From Puniceicoccales bacterium (lineage in GTDB: Bacteria; Verrucomicrobiota; Verrucomicrobiia; Opitutales; LL51): a DNA stretch of 39,989 nt. Location: assembly GCA_031268005.1 (NCBI GenBank), contig JAIRYA010000025.1, positions 1 through 39,989 on the forward strand, given 5' to 3'. Numbering within the stretch: position 1 is the stretch's first letter; each line of letters starts with the position of its first letter. Made by a program: the position numbers and the translations under genes. The notes under the pieces are model-generated. The model did no database searches and had not been told where the DNA came from. It saw only the letters and a list, made by a program, of their open reading frames with translations. Positions 1 to 7,585 of the stretch are shown one piece after another.

Positions 1-909
1 TATTCGCCATCCTTCATTGGATTATCCAATTACGGCAACACATGTTTTGCGAATAGCAGTCTGCAGTTTTTATATTCCATTCCAAGCTTCAGAAATGGTA
101 TCCTACAATACAACGGTGCGAATTCTCGCATTCGAAATCTCAAAACGCTGTTTTTATGCATGCAAAACAATAAAAATATAGGCGCAGTAAGTGACAATCA
201 AATGAAAGATTTTTTACTTCCATTGCTAGGGAGCCTTGGATTTAAGACAGATGCTCAACATGATGCGCAGGAATTTATGATAGGTCTTTTAAATTTCATA
301 GAAAGTCAAATTCCGGGAGCTATGAAAAGCTTTCAAGTCCAAACTCTTCGGACCATAACGGCTACTGATGGAAGTAAAGATCCTCCGCCAATAAAAACCA
401 GCCTCGAAACGGCCCCTATGATTCAATTGGCGGCAAAAGACGGCAGCGGTAATGAAATCTCTTCCCTCGGCGATGCGCTAAAAAAATTCATTGAAAAAGA
501 ACTTATGACCGGCGACAATCAGGTTAAGTTTTCAGACGGAATAAAAATGGACGCAGAATCGGTTACAAAAATAGAAAGTGTGCCCGCAGTTGTCCTATTT
601 CAGTTCAATCGATTTCAAAACGATGGGAGAGCAAGTAGTAAACTGAATCACCCAATTGACATCCCCTTTGAACTTGATTTAAGGCCTTACTGTTCAAATA
701 ATCTATCCGTTAATCTGGAGCTTTTCGCCGTTATCCAACACGGCGGTGGAGTTTCCGGTGGACACTATTTCGCCCATGTTAGGGATAATTATTCCAATAA
801 ATGGATATGTTTTAACGATTCAATGAGAAGTTTCGTAAATGACAATGAAGCAATGAAAAAAGCTTTCAATGAAAATGCATATGTGGTGGCATACCGCCGC
901 AAAAAATGA
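1..909 (+). CDS. Eukaryote-type ubiquitin-specific protease (peptidase C19 / USP), 5'-partial
   Basis: Frame 1 is open from base 1 (YSPSFIGLSNYGNTCFANSSLQFLYS...), so the Met at 160 in the ORF track is internal and the gene starts upstream of the window. Cys box GNTCFANSSLQ, QHDAQEF box, His box HGGGVSGGHYFAHVRD and WICFND motif are all present. Confidence 0.85.
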   Translation, partial: YSPSFIGLSNYGNTCFANSSLQFLYSIPSFRNGILQYNGANSRIRNLKTLFLCMQNNKNIGAVSDNQMKDFLLPLLGSLGFKTDAQHDAQEFMIGLLNFIESQIPGAMKSFQVQTLRTITATDGSKDPPPIKTSLETAPMIQLAAKDGSGNEISSLGDALKKFIEKELMTGDNQVKFSDGIKMDAESVTKIESVPAVVLFQFNRFQNDGRASSKLNHPIDIPFELDLRPYCSNNLSVNLELFAVIQHGGGVSGGHYFAHVRDNYSNKWICFNDSMRSFVNDNEAMKKAFNENAYVVAYRRKK

Positions 910-1004
910 TGTCCTGCCACGAACGAAAAAGTCTTTACATTAACAATAAAAAAATTATTTATAAAATAAAAATTATCTGCGATGGATAGGGTTACATTAG
1001 GAAT

Positions 1005-2741
1005 ATGAATCAAATTTTAAAAGTCTGCATTTTTGCTATTTTTCTATCCTCCCTCCTGGGAGGCGATGCCTATTCTGGTCCCAAAAATATTAGCAAAAAG
1101 TCCCATGGGAGACAGTTAGGATTAAAAAAGCTTCGCAGGACGAAAAAATCTCTCGAATCAAAAAAAAGGCAGGCAGTAAAAAAATCTCGCAAATCGAGCA
1201 ATGACAAGAAAAAGACACAACCTCGAGCCTTAAGTCCTAAAAGAATTACCTTGCCAGCGAAACTTCTGCCGAAAGCAGTAAATCCAAAATCTCTCGGATC
1301 AAAAAAAAGGCAGACAGTAAAAAAATCTCGCAAATCGAGCAATGACAAGAAAAAGACACAACCTCGAGCCTTAAGTCCTAAAAGAATTACTCTGCCAGCG
1401 AAACCTCCTCCTAAAGCAGTAAAGCTGCCCCCAAAACCTCCTCTATCGGCGGCGAAAGTAATTTCGCCGCCGTTCACAAAACTTATTTCTTTGCCAGCGA
1501 AACCTACTTCGAGCATAACAAGTTCAACGCCCAAACATCTCCCATTGGTGGCGGAACCTCCTCCGAGCATAACAAGTTCAACGCCAAAAACTCCCCCATT
1601 GGTGGCGGAAGTAATTTTGCCGCCGTTCACAAAACTTATTTCTTTGCCAGCGAAACCTACTTCGAGCATAACAAGTTCAACGCCAAAACATCCTTCAGTG
1701 CCTCCGAAAGAAGCAAAGCTGCCCCCAAAACCTCAGCCGAAGGAAACGAGTCTGTCTGTGCCGTTGCCCACTACGACGCCTTTGACAAAGCCAATCATTA
1801 ATAATAAGTATTCGCCATCCACCATTGTATTAGCCAATTGCGGTAGTACGTGCTTTGCGGATAGTGTTTTGCAGATTTTATATTCCATTCCAAGCTTTAG
1901 AAACAGTATGCTGCAATACAACGGTAGGGATCCTTGCATTGAAAGACTTAAAAAGTTGTTTTTACACATGCAAAATAGCAACGCCATAGATCAAACTTGG
2001 CTAAAAGAGACTTTATCTTCATTATTTAGTGCTCTAGGAAATATTTATACACTAGACATTGAAAGTGACGCGCGGGAGTTTATGCTGAATCTTTTAGATT
2101 TCATAGAAAATAAATTTTCGGGATCTACGAAAAGCTTTCGAGGAAAAAATTCCACAACCATAGCGTCCCAAAACTTGGAAATTTCAAAAACTGAAGATCC
2201 TTTTACAATAATTTCCCTGCCATTGAAAGATTTCACATCCCTCGTCAGAATGGTGGTAGATCTTTTTCATGAACTGGAAATGGACTATGTGCTTGAGAAT
2301 GAAAGCTCCGTCCCAGCGAAAATGTCCATGAAAATAGCAGATATTCCCGAAATCGTAGCACTAAGCCCTAATCTACTTGTGCACGGTTCAAAAACTGGCA
2401 CACAAATAAAGCTAAAAAATTCGATTAGCATCTCATTTGAATTAGACCTGGGGCTCTACTGCTCCAATGAACAAAAAGTCGATCTGGAACTTGTCGCACT
2501 CAACGTACACATCGGAAATGGTTCATCCGGACACTATGTGGCATTTGTTAGGGATGAAAATAATAGCCAGTGGATACTCTTCAACGATCTTGAACCTTCG
2601 CCTAAAAGTATGAGTAAAGAAGACATGATTAAAGGCTATTTTCATACGAGTAGTTGCCCTTCCTATGGTGGCTTTGCAAGTCCATACCTATTAATATACC
2701 GCCATAAAAAGGGATGTCACTGTAGTAAATGCAAAAAATAA
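1005..2741 (+). CDS. Secreted repeat-containing ubiquitin-specific protease (peptidase C19 / USP) family protein
   Basis: N-terminal hydrophobic signal-like segment MNQILKVCIFAIFLSSLLGG. About 240 aa of K/P/S/T-rich repeats follow. C-terminal USP domain has Cys box GSTCFADSVLQ, DAREFM box, His box HIGNGSSGHYVAFVRD and WILFND motif. Confidence 0.85.
   Translation: MNQILKVCIFAIFLSSLLGGDAYSGPKNISKKSHGRQLGLKKLRRTKKSLESKKRQAVKKSRKSSNDKKKTQPRALSPKRITLPAKLLPKAVNPKSLGSKKRQTVKKSRKSSNDKKKTQPRALSPKRITLPAKPPPKAVKLPPKPPLSAAKVISPPFTKLISLPAKPTSSITSSTPKHLPLVAEPPPSITSSTPKTPPLVAEVILPPFTKLISLPAKPTSSITSSTPKHPSVPPKEAKLPPKPQPKETSLSVPLPTTTPLTKPIINNKYSPSTIVLANCGSTCFADSVLQILYSIPSFRNSMLQYNGRDPCIERLKKLFLHMQNSNAIDQTWLKETLSSLFSALGNIYTLDIESDAREFMLNLLDFIENKFSGSTKSFRGKNSTTIASQNLEISKTEDPFTIISLPLKDFTSLVRMVVDLFHELEMDYVLENESSVPAKMSMKIADIPEIVALSPNLLVHGSKTGTQIKLKNSISISFELDLGLYCSNEQKVDLELVALNVHIGNGSSGHYVAFVRDENNSQWILFNDLEPSPKSMSKEDMIKGYFHTSSCPSYGGFASPYLLIYRHKKGCHCSKCKK
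1146..1404 (+). repeat. Intragenic direct repeat, ~118-bp block repeated with a 141-nt (47-codon) period
   Basis: 1146-1263 and 1287-1404 are near-identical by eye. Both encode SKKRQxVKKSRKSSNDKKKTQPRALSPKRITLPAK. Confidence 0.85.
1458..1690 (+). repeat. Intragenic direct repeat, ~80-bp block repeated with a 153-nt (51-codon) period
   Basis: 1458-1537 and 1611-1690 are near-identical and encode PPFTKLISLPAKPTSSITSSTPKH. Shorter SSITSSTPKxxPLVAE units lie between them. Confidence 0.8.
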
Positions 2742-2922
2742 GGTACCCAAGTTCTATTGTTTTCATCCCCTGGCGCCATTTCATAAAATTTTCAAAAATA
2801 TTCCAGATCGCGGGGTGTCGGAAAATTTAATGGCCTATTTCGGATAAATCTGAAAATGGTTTTTGCGTGATTTTTCCCGAAAAAAGTCAAAGATTTTCTG
2901 GAAAGGGATGGAAAAGTTCTTT

Positions 2923-3933
2923 TTACGCCAGCTTCCAATTGGGATAAAAATTAATTGCTTTCAAAGTATGCGTTTCGTCGACTGCCGCTGCAAAGGCGAC
3001 CATGGATGCGTTATCGCCCGTATATTTTGCTTCGGGAATGTGACAAACTATTCCATTTTCTTTCCCCAATTCTCCTATGCGCGTTCTCAGTTGCCGATTG
3101 TTCGAGACGCCTCCCGATAGGCCAATACTCCGAAAATTTCCCTGAAATAAAACCTGTTCCATTTTTTTCGCCAAAATGTCGATAATTGCAAACTGGTAGC
3201 TCGCACAGATATCATTAAATTGTTCGCGGAGTGCTTCATCACTCAATTTTTCAAGCCTGTAGCGCAAACTTGTTTTTAAGCCGGAGAAACTAAAACTCAT
3301 TTCATTTTCCCTAGTAAATGCCTGTGGAAATTGGAAACGTTTTTCATTTCCCAGTGTCGCATAATGCTCCACTTCGGGGCCACCCGGATATTTCAATCCC
3401 AATAATTTTGCTCCCTTATCGATCGCTTCGCCGGCCGCATCATCGATGGTTTGTGCGATGATCCGAACTTCGAAATTTTCATCAACTTCCGCTAGAATCG
3501 TATTCCCTCCGGAGACGAGGAGCGATAGGTGGGGGAAATTTTTTGATTTAAAATCGTTTTTCTGCGAATTTTGTCCCATGAAAGGTGACAGGATATGTCC
3601 GCGCAAGTGGTGGACACCCGTAACCTCCCGTTTCAAAATTAATCCCAAACTCTGTGCAAAAGATACCCCAAGTGCCAAACTTCCCGGCAATCCGGGGCCG
3701 CAGGTAACCGCAATCTTTGTAATTTTCGATGGGGAAATATTTTTTACCAAATCTGCTAGCATCACGGGAAAGTTGCGCAGATGCTCACGGGCGGCTAATT
3801 GGGGTACAACTCCACCGTATAAGGCATGCAAATCGATTTGAGAACTCGTCTTTTCATAGGAAAACAGTCCACTTTGTTCGTCAAAAACTGCAAGACTCGT
3901 ATCATCGCAGGAACTTTCAACGCCCAAAATCAT
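2923..3933 (-). CDS. tsaD: tRNA N6-adenosine threonylcarbamoyltransferase TsaD
   Basis: Motifs GVESSCDDTS, HHLRGH and GGVSNN, with Kae1/TsaD-like sequence throughout. Start moved from ORF-track 4068 to Met46 (MILGVESSCDD; ATG complement at 3931-3933), giving a typical 336 aa. Confidence 0.9.
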   Translation of the reverse strand: MILGVESSCDDTSLAVFDEQSGLFSYEKTSSQIDLHALYGGVVPQLAAREHLRNFPVMLADLVKNISPSKITKIAVTCGPGLPGSLALGVSFAQSLGLILKREVTGVHHLRGHILSPFMGQNSQKNDFKSKNFPHLSLLVSGGNTILAEVDENFEVRIIAQTIDDAAGEAIDKGAKLLGLKYPGGPEVEHYATLGNEKRFQFPQAFTRENEMSFSFSGLKTSLRYRLEKLSDEALREQFNDICASYQFAIIDILAKKMEQVLFQGNFRSIGLSGGVSNNRQLRTRIGELGKENGIVCHIPEAKYTGDNASMVAFAAAVDETHTLKAINFYPNWKLA

Positions 3934-4089
3934 GGAAAACGCAAACGGTGAAATGGGATTGATTGCAGGATTTCGTCCCGCATCCACGGGGAAATTGCTT
4001 GGGACCTTGCCCCAAATTCCAAAAAGAATCGCAGACTTCTTGACCTTCCAGGCAAAGGTTTTGCGCAAATTTTATTTTCTCATTCGCGT

Positions 4090-4404
4090 TCATGGAAATA
4101 TGAAAACGGGTTCTATGTACTCCATTTCATCCCACTCCTTCAACTTCAAATCTTCGGGAACTTTCTCATCGCTTTTTCCGAAAAATAGAGTTTTTGGCGA
4201 TAATTCTTCAATTTCCTTTCTCTGTTCCGAGATATCAACCAGAGTCACCGATCCAATGGAGGAGCCGTCCAAGCGACATTCCAATTTTGGAATTTCTATC
4301 CTATGCAGAACAAAAACAAGAACGATAATCACTATAAAAAATCGCCACAATACAGCCCACCGCTTTCCCAAGAAAACAGCTAAAATACAAAGAAACTTCG
4401 GCAC
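4090..4404 (-). CDS. Hypothetical membrane-anchored protein
   Basis: 104-aa ORF with one N-terminal hydrophobic helix (AVLWRFFIVIIVLVFVL). It starts 6 nt after the stop of the small basic ORF and is co-directional with and upstream of tsaD. No recognisable motif. Confidence 0.5.
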   Translation of the reverse strand: MPKFLCILAVFLGKRWAVLWRFFIVIIVLVFVLHRIEIPKLECRLDGSSIGSVTLVDISEQRKEIEELSPKTLFFGKSDEKVPEDLKLKEWDEMEYIEPVFIFP

Positions 4405-4409
4405 ATCGA

Positions 4410-4565
4410 CTATTCTTCTGGCTTTGTTTTAGGCAATGAGGTCAAATGACGACCCTCCTTCCACAGGCCACGCTTACGCAACAATTCGATACGCTCAAAG
4501 CGTTTCAAAACGCTACGCTTTGCACCGCGACTACCGCCTCTTCGAAAACTTGGATGCTGGGACAT
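4410..4565 (-). CDS. Small basic protein (51 aa), below the ORF-track size cutoff
   Basis: Hand translation of the minus strand: MSQHPSFRRGGSRGAKRSVLKRFERIELLRKRGLWKEGRHLTSLPKTKPEE, ending in TAG at 4410-4412. From memory, the MSxHxS...VLKRFERI...GLPKTKP pattern resembles the 'small basic protein' family found in several non-proteobacterial phyla. Not verified by search. Confidence 0.5.
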   Translation of the reverse strand: MSQHPSFRRGGSRGAKRSVLKRFERIELLRKRGLWKEGRHLTSLPKTKPEE

Positions 4566-4731
4566 AACTTCCGTCATTCAAATGAACCTCCCTTAAAAGC
4601 AAGTCAATTTTTAGCAAATTCTAAATTTTTTTTGCCACATTACTGCCCTACCAAGCCATTGCCGTGCCCATTGCAGACGACTAAAAGAACAAGCTTGACG
4701 AAACTATTTTTTTGATACAGTTTATAAAATC

Positions 4732-5064
4732 ATGAGTATGCCAACGGATATAAACAATCCCAATCATATTGATAGGCAGGCTATAGAAATTTTCTCAAAT
4801 GAAAGGATCTCCTGTGTCATCGGGGAAGATATTGAAAAAAATTTTGAGGACCTCACGGAAAGTGAACGTGATAAGTTAATAAAAAGTTTCATGCAGCTCC
4901 AAAATGATTCTGATGTTCGTAGTGTTCGCGGTGTAACTGGTACCACGACATTGATGATATCGAAAAATAGGGCAGCAAGTTTGGAATTTTTCTGTCAAAT
5001 AAAGATCACCGACCAACGGGAACTTGTCCAATTCGAAATTCGGAAGCTTGATATTGTGGAATAG
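4732..5064 (+). CDS. Hypothetical protein (orphan, 110 aa)
   Basis: Only long ORF in this interval. Acidic and helical N-terminal half. No motif recognised. Confidence 0.45.
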   Translation: MSMPTDINNPNHIDRQAIEIFSNERISCVIGEDIEKNFEDLTESERDKLIKSFMQLQNDSDVRSVRGVTGTTTLMISKNRAASLEFFCQIKITDQRELVQFEIRKLDIVE

Positions 5065-5415
5065 CAACGGACAACGGCGATGCTAGGGTGGCTAGGAATT
5101 GCATTGTAATAAAAAAATAAATTTTTATTAATATTTTATTGAAATAATAAAATTATTAAGTATTATTTACCTCGGAAAGTGGCAAGCGTTTGTTCATTTT
5201 TCGAGGTATTTTTATTAAAAACAGAAAGGATATGCAATGAATAACAATATAAAATTAATGATATTAATGGGAATGGCTCCCTAATAGCCAATGAAAATGT
5301 AAAAGCTACGCTAGAAACTACAAATATAGAAAATAGAGTATTTTTAGAAAACAATTGGCTGAAAATTACCATACCTAATCAAGTATGGCAAAATCATTTT
5401 CTGAAAAATCAACCA

Positions 5416-6000
5416 TTGGAAACGAATTATGATGAAATTGAAAAATGGCTCTTGAATTCTTTTTCTCCAGACAACGGAACTCTGACTATTTTGCTTAAAG
5501 ATACTCGTAAGGTTATATTACATGACTCTAATTTCGATTGGAATGCTACCAATGCTCTCATTACTTATAATATCGAAAAAATAACAATTCTTAACTCAAA
5601 ATTATCAGAAGAATTAACAAATTTAACATATAAAATAACGTATAAAAATTTTAAATATGATCCAAATGCTAAGGAAAATAATCAAAATATCATAAATAAC
5701 ATCGACGATTTTGTCGAAAAATTTACGAATGTAGACAAAAAATTTGATCAAAAAATAAAAAACATGATCGAAATTATGAGACAGGATCCCCTTAATAAAG
5801 AATCTAATCATGAGCTCCTTACCGATTTTCATTCACTAAAAGGAAACCTCAAGGGATATTACGCAGTATCAACAAGTGATGGCGGAAGAATCGTCTACAC
5901 GCTCAATAACGATATTGTGGAAATAGTTGGAATAAGCGATGTTCATAACTATAAAAAAATCGCAATAAATCATTTAGAAAGCAAAAAACAAAACAAATAA
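5416..6000 (+). CDS. RelE/YoeB(Txe)-like toxin domain protein with an unknown N-terminal extension; 5' end uncertain
   Basis: The C-terminal ~85 aa (FVEKF...DQKIKNMIEIMRQDPLNKESNHELLTDFHSLKGNLKGYYAVSTSDGGRIVYTLNNDIVEIVGISDVHNY) follow the RelE/ParE/YoeB pattern L-x-G-x-L-x-G-x-Y...R-I-V-Y...I-V-x-I...H-x-Y. The ORF-track start is TTG. The same frame is open back to 5245 without an ATG. Confidence 0.6.
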   Translation: METNYDEIEKWLLNSFSPDNGTLTILLKDTRKVILHDSNFDWNATNALITYNIEKITILNSKLSEELTNLTYKITYKNFKYDPNAKENNQNIINNIDDFVEKFTNVDKKFDQKIKNMIEIMRQDPLNKESNHELLTDFHSLKGNLKGYYAVSTSDGGRIVYTLNNDIVEIVGISDVHNYKKIAINHLESKKQNK

Positions 6001-6161
6001 TAAGAAACGGTAAAACACGGCGGCAAAGGGAAGAAATTGAAAGGATTGAAAATTAACTCCAGGGGAAAACTTTTCCTGTTATTGGGAGTGGAAAAACCTG
6101 CCACTCCTATTAGAAGAAGTATCAACGGAGGAACGCTCAAAGAAAATAAAAGTGATTCCAA

Positions 6162-6208
6162 GGAATGGAAGCATGGGGAATGGAAGCATGGGGAATGGAA
6201 AGCATTGG
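6162..6208. repeat. 15-bp tandem repeat (ggaatggaagcatgg), ~3 units
   Basis: ggaatggaagcatgg occurs twice, followed by ggaatggaaagcattgg. Lies in the convergent intergenic region between 6000 and 6286. Confidence 0.7.
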
Positions 6209-6285
6209 TAGATTGTCCAGTCCCATTCCTGTGCACCCTTGTTCTTTTTTTGTAAATTTTTGTCTAATATTTCACCATTCGCCTT

Positions 6286-6948
6286 TCAATAGTATTTTTT
6301 TAAATAGTTTACCGGATCGTCGCACTGCCTCGGATCCACGTCGACGGCGATGGTACCGTTCTTTAGTAAGATAATTCTATCGGAAATTTTCGTCAAAAAA
6401 TCCAAATCATGGGAAGCAATGATCATGGTGACGCCGAACTGTTCGTTGACGGATTTCAATAGGGAAACGACGTCCATGGTCGTCGATACGTCCAAACCGG
6501 AGGTGGGCTCGTCGCAGAGCAAAATATCCGGATTGGTTATTAAACTTCTCGCCAGGGCAACTCTCTGTTTCTGCCCTCCCGATAGAGCCACCGGATATTT
6601 TTCCGCTTTGGATCCAATTCCGAGATTTTTGAGAATGCTTTCCGCCTGATTTTTGTGCTCTTCCTTTTTATCCCTATCCTTTAAATCGGGGGCGTAGGTC
6701 AAATTTTGTAGCACGGTCATGTGGGGAAAGAGCTGGAAATCCTGGAACATAAAACAAACGCGGCCGTTGCATTCCATGGTGCCTTTATCGAAGGATTCCA
6801 GTTTTTGGATACAGCGGAGAAGCGTCGATTTCCCGCAACCGGATGGCCCCGCAAGACCTAGGATGCCAGATTTTTTTATGTCGAAACTGATATCCTCCAA
6901 CACCTTTACATCATTAAATGACTTGCAAATATTATAAATTTTTAGCAT
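6286..6948 (-). CDS. Polar amino-acid ABC transporter ATP-binding protein (GlnQ/ArtP/HisP type)
   Basis: Walker A GPSGCGKST, signature LSGGQKQRVALARSL, Walker B ILLCDEPTSGLD. Start set to MLKIYNICKSF (6948) rather than 6987, leaving a 17-nt overlap with the upstream permease. Confidence 0.9.
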   Translation of the reverse strand: MLKIYNICKSFNDVKVLEDISFDIKKSGILGLAGPSGCGKSTLLRCIQKLESFDKGTMECNGRVCFMFQDFQLFPHMTVLQNLTYAPDLKDRDKKEEHKNQAESILKNLGIGSKAEKYPVALSGGQKQRVALARSLITNPDILLCDEPTSGLDVSTTMDVVSLLKSVNEQFGVTMIIASHDLDFLTKISDRIILLKNGTIAVDVDPRQCDDPVNYLKKYY

Positions 6949-7585
6949 ATAGTTTTCGCTTTTCAATTTTCTTTCCAATGAATTCAATCAATAGCACGAG
7001 ACCGTAGTAATATGTGGCAGCCATACACAATGGTAAAAAATAATCGCACCGAATCAATGAAACCATCTGGGCCTTTCGCATAATTTCTATGCCTCCAATC
7101 ATGGGAATTACGGCGGTCATCTTAATGATGTCGATCATTTCATTGAGTAAAATGGGAAGAATATTCATGGTAACCTGGGGCAAAATAATATCCTTCCACA
7201 TGTAAAAACGAGGAATTTCTAGGGTTTTTGCGGCCTCGAATTGCCCCTTCGGTAAATTTTCTATGCCCGCTCGAAATATTTCCGCCACATAGGCAGAACT
7301 GTTAATTCCAAAAGCCAAAATACCCGCCCATAAAACGTTGAGCTTTAGTCCAAACTTTGGCATCACGAAATAGATAAAAGTTAGTTGCAAAACGAAGGGC
7401 GTTCCCCTTAAAAAGGAAACAATTCCGTTGATCATCCACCTCCCTATTCCGTTGTATCTCAGGACCGCCAGTAGGGCGCCCAAGAAAATTCCGATGAGAA
7501 TCCCTCCGATGGCCAGCGCCAGGGTAAAGGGAAGCCCACCTCCAATGCGGAAAAAATCGGAAATTATACTGTTACTTTCATTCAT
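6932..7585 (-). CDS. Polar amino-acid ABC transporter permease (His/Glu/Gln/Arg family), copy 1
   Basis: 217 aa, multi-TM. Motif INSSAYVAEIFRAGIENLPKGQFEAAKTL is typical of the HisM/GlnP EAA loop. Confidence 0.9.
   Translation of the reverse strand: MNESNSIISDFFRIGGGLPFTLALAIGGILIGIFLGALLAVLRYNGIGRWMINGIVSFLRGTPFVLQLTFIYFVMPKFGLKLNVLWAGILAFGINSSAYVAEIFRAGIENLPKGQFEAAKTLEIPRFYMWKDIILPQVTMNILPILLNEMIDIIKMTAVIPMIGGIEIMRKAQMVSLIRCDYFLPLCMAATYYYGLVLLIEFIGKKIEKRKLYAKNL

Noticed and set aside
1070-1669. 199-aa antisense ORF across the USP repeat region
   Set aside because: It is an artefact of the repetitive K/P/S-coding DNA, which lacks stops on the opposite strand. The sense frame continues into a complete USP domain.
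2706-2741. C-terminal KKGCHCSKCKK of the second USP as a CaaX or Rab-type prenylation motif
   Set aside because: The cysteines are not in a terminal C-a-a-X, CC or CXC position, since the sequence ends in CKK. Prenylation cannot be inferred. At most it is a polybasic/Cys patch.
3934-4068. N-terminal extensions of ORF-track calls (tsaD to 4068, hldD to 18822, prmA to 22733, bamD-like to 25020, lpxK to 27929, tsaE to 30249, rplM from 30554, rpsB from 33478, nrnA-like from 36114, Rpn from 37266)
   Set aside because: Family-typical N-termini begin at internal Met codons. The extensions create long overlaps with upstream genes or non-homologous leaders. The shorter starts give canonical lengths and ATGA or short overlaps.
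5249-5257. Programmed -1 ribosomal frameshift at the A-run joining the 5237 ATG to the RelE-like frame
   Set aside because: The sequence (a aaa tta) does not form a canonical X XXY YYZ slippery heptamer, and no downstream pseudoknot or hairpin is evident. A mutational frameshift, sequencing error or TTG start is more parsimonious.
6037-6374. Small ORFs encoding EWKHGEWKHGEWK / MEAWGMEAWGMES
   Set aside because: These peptides are simply the 15-bp tandem repeat (6162-6208) read in two frames within a convergent intergenic region. There is no start context or homology.
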